Below, piece by piece: positions 57,719 to 64,000 of a stretch of DNA of 64,000 nt. The first letter of the stretch is position 1. Every line of letters begins with the position of its first letter. This stretch comes from Terriglobia bacterium (GTDB taxonomy: Bacteria > Acidobacteriota > Terriglobia > 20CM-2-55-15): contig CBDAOY010000006.1 of the NCBI GenBank assembly GCA_965198225.1, positions 128,001 through 192,000 of the forward strand. The letters are read 5' to 3'. A model generated the notes under the pieces. It was given only the letters and a program-made list of their open reading frames with translations, was not told the DNA's origin and searched no databases. The position numbers were made by a program, and so were the translations under genes.

Positions 57719-58830
57719 TTGAGACCCTGGTCATCAAGCTGGTCCTGGTCAGTATCGTGTTTTTCGGTGTCCTGAACCTGGCGGGTTTTCACACCTGGGT
57801 GGAGCGGAAGCAATCGGCCCTCATCCAGGACAGGATCGGGGCCAACCGCGCCGACATTTTCGGCTTTCGGCTGCTGGGAATGCTTCACGGCGTGGCCGAC
57901 GTGATCAAGATGTTCACCAAGGAGGACATCGTCCCGGACGGCGCGGACAAGACCCTCCACACGCTGGCTCCTTTTTTCTCGGTCTTCTTCGCCCTGGTCG
58001 TTTTTGCAGCAGTCCCCTTTGGACCCAGCCTCATCCTGGGGGAAAGGGTCATCGAACTCCAGGTCGCCAAGATCGACGCGGCGCTGCTCTACATCTTTGC
58101 AATGCTCTCACTCGGGGTCTATGGAGTGATCCTGGGGGGCTTTGCCTCGCGAAACAACTACGCCATTCTCGGCGGACTGCGGGCAACGGCGCAGATGATC
58201 TCCTACGAGATTGCACTGGGCATCGCCGTCCTCGGAGTGATCATGGTCCATGGGACCATGGACCTGAATGAGCTGGTCCTGGCCCAGGGGCAGCTGATCG
58301 GCGGCTGGATCCCTCTCTGGGGTATCGTCACCCAGCCGGTGGCTTTCTTCATTTTCCTGACCGCGGCCCTCGCTGAGACCAAGAGACTTCCCTTCGACAT
58401 ACCGGAAGGCGAGTCGGAAATCATCGGCTATTTCGTCGAGTACAGCGGGATGAAGTTCGGAATGTTCTTCCTCACGGATTTCCTGGAAACCATCGTGGTG
58501 GCATGCCTGGCGACGACACTCTTTTTTGGCGGTTGGCAAGTGCCCTTCCTTGTGGCGGATTACGAGACTGCGACCTTCGGCTTCCACTTCCCCTGGGGTG
58601 GGGAGTTGTTGGTCTCCAACATTGTCTACGTCCTGCTCGGGGTCGCCAGCTTTTCGTTCAAGAGCTTCGTCTTCCTTTTTGTATTCATGCAGCTGCGCTG
58701 GACGCTGCCGCGCTTCCGTTACGACCAGCTGATGAGCCTGGGCTGGAAAGGGCTGTTCCCGATCTCGGTGGCGAACGTCGTCGTGACAGCCGTGGTGCTG
58801 TCTTTTTTCGGGCAAGGGTTTTCTGAGTGA
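57715..58830 (+). CDS. nuoH: NADH-quinone oxidoreductase subunit H
   Basis: ERK..A.IQDRIG.NR, ADVIKMFTKED, AQMISYE, PFDIPEGESE, PRFRYDQLM. Confidence 0.96.
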   Translation: MIETLVIKLVLVSIVFFGVLNLAGFHTWVERKQSALIQDRIGANRADIFGFRLLGMLHGVADVIKMFTKEDIVPDGADKTLHTLAPFFSVFFALVVFAAVPFGPSLILGERVIELQVAKIDAALLYIFAMLSLGVYGVILGGFASRNNYAILGGLRATAQMISYEIALGIAVLGVIMVHGTMDLNELVLAQGQLIGGWIPLWGIVTQPVAFFIFLTAALAETKRLPFDIPEGESEIIGYFVEYSGMKFGMFFLTDFLETIVVACLATTLFFGGWQVPFLVADYETATFGFHFPWGGELLVSNIVYVLLGVASFSFKSFVFLFVFMQLRWTLPRFRYDQLMSLGWKGLFPISVANVVVTAVVLSFFGQGFSE

Positions 58831-58847
58831 GCGGCCCGTGAAGAGTT

Positions 58848-59023
58848 ATTGCAGATTGGGTCATTGCACGAATCCGCATTGCAAGTTGGAGATTGGAAAT
58901 TGCTGAATCTGTCATCGGTCGGAGGCCTGGAATCGTCCCCGGCAAGCTTCCCAGAATCTGAAATGAAGCAATCTACAATGAGCAACCTGCAATGCGGATT
59001 GTTGAGATATCGCAATTTGCAAT
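58848..59023 (+). repeat. Heptamer-periodic long hairpin element between nuoH and nuoI
   Basis: attgcagattgg...aatccgcattgcaagttggagattggaaattgct pairs with agcaatctacaatgagcaacctgcaatgcggatt...caatttgcaat. Confidence 0.88.
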
Positions 59024-59078
59024 CGAACCCACTGAAACTAAGTTTTCGAACGAGACTCTTCTTCGGGGAGGGGTCATA

Positions 59079-59708
59079 GTGGCTGCAAAGGTAAAGGTCG
59101 TCCGCAGGCCCGAGCTGACCTTTTGGGAGAAACTCTACATTCCCCAGATCGTGTCGGGCCTCAAGATCACCTTCCGACATTTCTTCCGCAACCTCTTTCT
59201 GCACATCGCCCACCAGGCGGGCCGCTACACGAACGTCTCCGCCGCGGCCACCATCCAGTACCCCGAGGAGCTCCGGCCCCTCATGTCTCGGTTCCGCAGC
59301 CGCCACAGGCTGACCCTGCGTGAGGACAAGACCCCGCGCTGCGTGGGGTGCATGCTCTGTGAAACGGTCTGCCCGGCCAAATGCATCACCATCGTGCCCG
59401 GTGAGCATCCCGACCCCATGGTGGAGAAGTACCCGATCCGCTTCGACATCGACTTGGGCGTCTGCGTCTACTGCGGCTACTGCGTCGAGGTGTGCCCCGA
59501 GGACGCCATCCGGATGGACACGGGTATCCTCGATGTCGCCGCCTACTCGCGCGAGGCCATGCAGCTGGACATCCATGAACTGATGGATCCTCAATTGCGC
59601 AAACCGATCGCCGACTGCAGCCTGGAATTTCCCCACAAGTGCGAACTGACCGGCGGAGAAATTAAGGGTAACTGGGACGTGTTGACGAGGCCCGAGTCAG
59701 GTGACTGA
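59079..59708 (+). CDS. nuoI: NADH-quinone oxidoreductase subunit I
   Basis: TIQYPEE, CVGCMLCETVCP, CVYCGYCVEVCPEDAI; GGAGG RBS before GTG. Confidence 0.95.
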   Translation: MAAKVKVVRRPELTFWEKLYIPQIVSGLKITFRHFFRNLFLHIAHQAGRYTNVSAAATIQYPEELRPLMSRFRSRHRLTLREDKTPRCVGCMLCETVCPAKCITIVPGEHPDPMVEKYPIRFDIDLGVCVYCGYCVEVCPEDAIRMDTGILDVAAYSREAMQLDIHELMDPQLRKPIADCSLEFPHKCELTGGEIKGNWDVLTRPESGD

Positions 59709-59746
59709 CGGCATGGAGAATCCAATTCCTTTTTGGTAGCCGCACT

Positions 59747-61428
59747 GTGGTGGAATCCGCGACTCTCCTGAAAGACCTCCAGCGCCTCCAGGACGCGTTT
59801 GGAGGGAATGTTGCCTCGAAACGGCTGCATCTCTTGCGCGGGCTCGAGCGCCGTCCCCTCAGACGTGCCAGTGAGGTTCTCCGCCTTCACGAATGTCTCT
59901 GCTTTCTTCACGCCTACCCCGACGACGAAGCGGTGCTCCTCCAGGTCCGGCTGATGCTCGACGGTTTTGCCCAACGTCCTGATCTGCGTCGTCACCGGGA
60001 CGAGTTGGCGGACACGGGAATCGCGGGCACCCGTATCGATTTTTCGTTCTACTGGTTCACGGCTTTGTGGCTCGCCCGGCGTTGGCCGGATCGGATCAGC
60101 ATCGACTGGGCGATCTTCGACGAGCGCTCCAGGATTCCAGATCTTCTCCATCTCCTTCTCCCCTACAGTGAGACTCCGGCCATCGACTCGTATGACTTCT
60201 CCCCGCGAGAATGGATCAATCTGCTCAAGGGATCCGCGCAAACGGACGCCGCGTTCCTCATTCGAAGGTTCGAGGCGTTGCGCACCGATGGGTTCGGGCA
60301 GGAGGTTGCATACGACAGCCTCGATGTTCCCCTTCGTCTCGAGCCGGGGCCGGATACACCCTCCCGGACCCACGCCCGGTACGCGGGGGTACCCGTCGTG
60401 TTCCAGCGTGGTCCTCTGAGGCGGGAGCGTCCTTCGCTACGAAGGGAGTTCCGGCTCCCTCCGAAAGCCGTGCGCGTGATCGGGCCACGGGATGCGCAGC
60501 ACCTCATCGATCTCGCCCGAGAAGCTATGGTGGTGCGGAGCCGCGATCTCGACATATTCATTCACGCGGATCGAAACGATGTCCGTTTGGTCGATTGGGG
60601 CGACGGTCTCCAGTTCGCGTGCATGGGAGCGATTCCGGAGCGTCGCCTTCTGCTCGAATCGGTGTACGGATTCCTCACCCTCAAAAACGGAGTGCCGATC
60701 GGATACGTACTCGTGAGCGCCCTTTTTGCTTCCTCAGAGGTCGCATACAACATATTCGACACTTACCGCGGAGGCCAGGCTGCATCGACTTACCTTCGTG
60801 TCCTCGCCACCGCGCATCACCTGTTCGGGAGCGACACGTTCGCCGTCGAGCGGTACCAGCTCGGGCACGGGAACCCGGAAGGCCTGAAGTCGGGGGCATG
60901 GTGGTTCTACTACAAACTCGGCCTCCGTCCGGACGATCGTGGCGTTCGACGCATCGTACGGAAGGAGATGCGGAAGATGAAAGCGAACCTGCAGTATCGC
61001 TCCTCGATCGCCACGCTCAGAGATCTCGCGGCTGAACCCATGTTCTTGGACCCGCGAACTCCTGGGCGTCGCGACGCACTAGGCCGCGTCGACTTGGGGG
61101 CGATCGGACTCCGCATCACCGGTACACTTGCGACGCGTTTCGGACCCGACCGCGAGCGGGGGATTCGTACCTGCTCGGACGAGGCAGCAGCGCTTCTGGG
61201 AGTGCGGTCGTGGCGACGGCTCGTAGCGGGAGAGCGTCTCGCCTGGCAGAGATGGAGCCCGCTCGTCATGACGCTCCCCCGTCTTCGACAGTGGAGCTCG
61301 AGCGAGAAGCGGGATCTCGCCGATTTGATCCGCGCCAAGGGGGGCGACGCGAATCCGAGTTCGTACGCCTCTTCAACGAACACCGTCGCCTGCGCCGCGC
61401 CCTCCTGAAACTCGCCGAGGAGGGCTGA
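59747..61428 (+). CDS. Hypothetical protein with possible GNAT-like C-terminal domain; probable 1-bp frameshift in the G run at 61339-61344
   Basis: 553-aa ORF to 61408; an alternate frame continues GGRRESEFVRLF..LAEEG to 61428. Confidence 0.7.
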
Positions 61429-61452
61429 GCTCAAGAGCCTCCCTGCCGGCTC

Positions 61453-61980
61453 TCAGTCCTTCCGCAATTCCGCGCACAGGCCCTTCACGGTGACGAGGTC
61501 CTGGATCAACAGCTCGAGCGTCGAGACACCTACGGTGTGGGATACGGCTAGCTCGTCGAGTTGGGATTCGATTCGTATGGACACAGCGGACAGCGCAGCA
61601 AGCTGCTTGGCAAACGACTCGTCCTTGAACCGGCTGGAAGACCTAAGCCTGCGGTCCCCAGCCAGGAAGCGGATCATACTTTCCACTGCCGCTTCCAGTT
61701 CTGGCACTCCGACTTCGACCGCCTCGTGTGCCCAATCTGCCGAAGCCGGAGCGTATCTATAGACGGCAAGATCTCGAGCCAGGCGCCCGAACTCGCGTGA
61801 GGTGTCTTGGAAACCGCCCTCCTCCGCGAGCTTCTTGAGTCGGCGCGCCTCGTCCAGTGCGAGGAATCTTTCCTCGACACCCTTTATCGTCAGTCGGATG
61901 ATGTCGGACAGGGGTTGTTGCTGTGCAGCCGCCACGGAGGGAAACAATAGAACGAAAACGATTGTGAGCTTACCGATCAT
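61453..61980 (-). CDS. Secreted helical hypothetical protein
   Basis: Signal peptide (AAA-Q); 175-aa ORF. Confidence 0.6.
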   Translation of the reverse strand: MIGKLTIVFVLLFPSVAAAQQQPLSDIIRLTIKGVEERFLALDEARRLKKLAEEGGFQDTSREFGRLARDLAVYRYAPASADWAHEAVEVGVPELEAAVESMIRFLAGDRRLRSSSRFKDESFAKQLAALSAVSIRIESQLDELAVSHTVGVSTLELLIQDLVTVKGLCAELRKD

Positions 61981-62063
61981 GGCACCGATACCTCTTGTAA
62001 ATGGTACGCGAGGGAAGAGCTGTGGTCAATCCAGGGACAGGCGTTGACGCGTCCAGCCCGCAG

Positions 62064-62778
62064 TCACCAGCTAAAGCTGAAGTTCAGCAGCACCTGTCGG
62101 GCAGGCTGGGGGCCGGCCACGCGTTCCCAGTGAGCTGAATCGGGTCCCACGGGTGCTTCATACAGCCGGGTACGCCCTGTGAAGATGGCGTCGATAGCGG
62201 TACCGATTCCGGCGTATATCCCAGTGGAAACACCGACAAAAGCCATCTTGGTCCCGGCACCGCAGCCGCCAGCACGTCCCTCATCGTCGACGCAATCGGC
62301 GATGTTTGCGGTGAGGATTCCCATCGCGAGGCCCACCAACGCCCCTAGTGACCTGTAACAGTGCTATCGGTACCAGCGTTCGGCCGAACGGCGTCGGATT
62401 CTAGGAGTGACGCCCGAGCCAATGCTGTTTCATTGCGAGGGCGTTATGACACCGAAGACGGCGCCGTTGGGCCGAACCCTTCGGGCCGATGGCACTGTTT
62501 CAGGCCACTAGAATTCCCATTCTTGAGGGAGTCGCCTTGCTTGTCTATTCGCCTGACGCGGGCGGCCTCGAAACGACGTTCATTCCCGTCGACCCGCAGA
62601 ACGATGGCGTCATCGTCCAGGCGAATGAGTCTTCCAGCCGTCTCGCTGCCCTGATCGTCAAGGACGTAGACGGTGGCAAGGCTCGTCGATCCAGCCCGGC
62701 CCACCCGGGCACAATGTCTTGCGCCCGCACCACTGTGGGGCAGAGGATCATCACCAGGATCCCGATAGATCGCGTCAT
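62064..62778 (-). pseudogene. Secreted/membrane glycine-zipper-like protein disrupted by a MITE and frameshifts
   Basis: Signal peptide, then TVYVLDD..GRLIRLDDDAIVL..GDSLKNG, then the MITE, then LVGLAMG..GIYAGIGTAIDA. Confidence 0.65.
62346..62510. mobile_element. 165-bp MITE, copy 2
   Basis: Near-identical to 38485-38649; flanked C-TA...TA-G. Confidence 0.9.
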
Positions 62779-62998
62779 GACTCGTAGTTCAGTGGCCGGA
62801 GAGAATGTCGGGCGGCGGCTCCCTGGGTTCCTTCCTTCCCTTCGTTCTTCCCGGGGTGCATACGGCACGCTAAGCTTGGAGCCGGTTCGAGTCAAGCAAT
62901 CATCTAGACCCACGATAACAAAACATCGAACTGCGGCGTATCATGGTGTGAGGTTCCGACGGCCATCCGGGCGGCGTTACGGAAGTCGAGTGATCGCG

Positions 62999-64000
62999 AT
63001 GAACAAAGGCTGGAAGATATGGATTCTGGCGGCTCTGCTGATCAGCTCGATTTCGCTCGCCCAAACCCCGGCTCAGAGCCCGCAGGAGACCTCCGTGATC
63101 GAAGGCTTCGTCGTCCGCATGGGTTCGGGAGAACCCCTGGCGAAGGCGCAGGTGATGCTTCGACCCGCGCGCGGCCGACGACCTGTGTTCGGCGCTCTCA
63201 CCGATTCGGGCGGTCGGTTCCGGGTGGCTAACATCAGGCCGGGTAGCTACCGACTCCATGTCGAACGGGATGGCTACGTCGACCAGCAGTACGGACAGGT
63301 CAGCCCTGCTCGTCCCGGCACTGTTCTGGTACTGGAGCCCGGGCATGAAGTACAAGACGTCGTCATCAGCCTGGTGCCGCCTGTCGACTGGCGGCGATGA
63401 TCGCCCGACGAGGATAGGTCCTCTCCCGGTCCCGCTCGAACGGTCAAGAGCAGGTCAGCCCTGCTCGTCCGGGCGAGTACCGCCTGTACTGGCTGATCCC
63501 CGACGAATACTACGTCAGTGCAACCTACGAAGACGGCTTTCGGGAATTGAGAACCCTGCGCGAAGCTGTCGCGGCATCGGCTCCGCTTGCCCTACCTGGT
63601 AGGGGCGCACCGCACGCTCCTCCGGATCCCGTGCCGGAAACACTCGAGCAAATCTACGTTGACACGTACTACCCCGGCGTCCACGATCCGCTTTCGGCCT
63701 CGCCGATATCCGTCGATCCCGGGGTCGAGATTCGGGCCATCAGTTTCACGCTTCTGCCTACCCGAGCCCGCGCTGTCCGCGGAACGGTCGTCGGACCCTT
63801 CTCACCGGAGGACGGCGTGTCTCCGAACGTGATCGTCGTCCCTCGGGGCGGTGTGACTCGGAACAGGATCAACTTTCGTCGAGATGGCGATCGGAACAAT
63901 CGGCGAAGCCGGGACGGCAGTTTCGAACTGACGGGCGTCGCCCCGGGGTCTTACACCGTTGCGGCCATTCTGCGCGTGGGTCGGCGGGACCGCGGTAACC
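62999..64000 (+). pseudogene. Carboxypeptidase-regulatory-like domain protein, disrupted at about 63380-63470, runs off the window
   Basis: Signal peptide; IEGFVV..GEPL, TDSGGRF....RPGSYRL...RDGY; resumes GEYRLYWL, TYYPG in another frame. Confidence 0.7.

Noticed and set aside
43397-59079. Recurring peptide SEMKQ..MSNLQCGL in ORFs 43412-43612 and 58849-59079
   Set aside because: It is a translation of the hairpin repeat; starts, frames and orientation are inconsistent.
31815-61344. Programmed frameshifting at about 31821 (P460) and 61339-61344
   Set aside because: No convincing slippery heptamer plus downstream structure; a 2-bp loss and a short G run are better explained by sequencing error or decay.
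61400-61835. KLAEEG peptide shared by two convergent genes
   Set aside because: An 18-bp GC-rich match with 2 mismatches; plausibly chance.
1-64000. CRISPR array or cas genes
   Set aside because: No regularly spaced repeat-spacer run and no Cas-like ORF; all repeats are dispersed or two-copy duplications.

Overview
GC-rich bacterial chromosome segment. The gene repertoire suggests Acidobacteriota (inference): expanded Ser/Thr kinase-TolB proteins, a wHTH-TPR regulator and a carboxypeptidase-regulatory-like protein. Bases 1-14450 are housekeeping: trmFO, xerC, REC-GGDEF, rplU, rpmA, obgE, nadD, rsfS, rlmH, ggt, comF, lpxC, polA, an HhH protein and tRNA-Val(GAC). A truncated tyrosine integrase abuts the tRNA and opens a decayed accessory region (~14.5-43 kb) of redox/stress and signalling genes: DUF1223, a MerA-like oxidoreductase with TVP38, cupin-AraC, BON, DM13, msrQ, CBS, a two-component system, USP, a secreted truncated globin with a tandem cytochrome P460-like protein, kinases, GGDEF and HD-GYP. 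Bases 43.8-59.7 kb carry a permuted complex I operon (J-K-MrpD-like-small-MrpD/NuoL-like-M-N-A-B-C-D-EF-G-H-I) with four antiporter-like subunits and a NuoE-F fusion. A family of long, 7-bp-periodic imperfect hairpins sits before nuoJ and at the A|B, D|EF and H|I junctions. Other dispersed repeats are three GTAG-REP doublets and a 165-bp TA-flanked MITE (2 full copies and 1 degenerate composite). Several frameshifts and short duplications may be sequencing or assembly artefacts. No CRISPR array or rRNA was seen. All calls come from reading motifs by eye; no database search was run.
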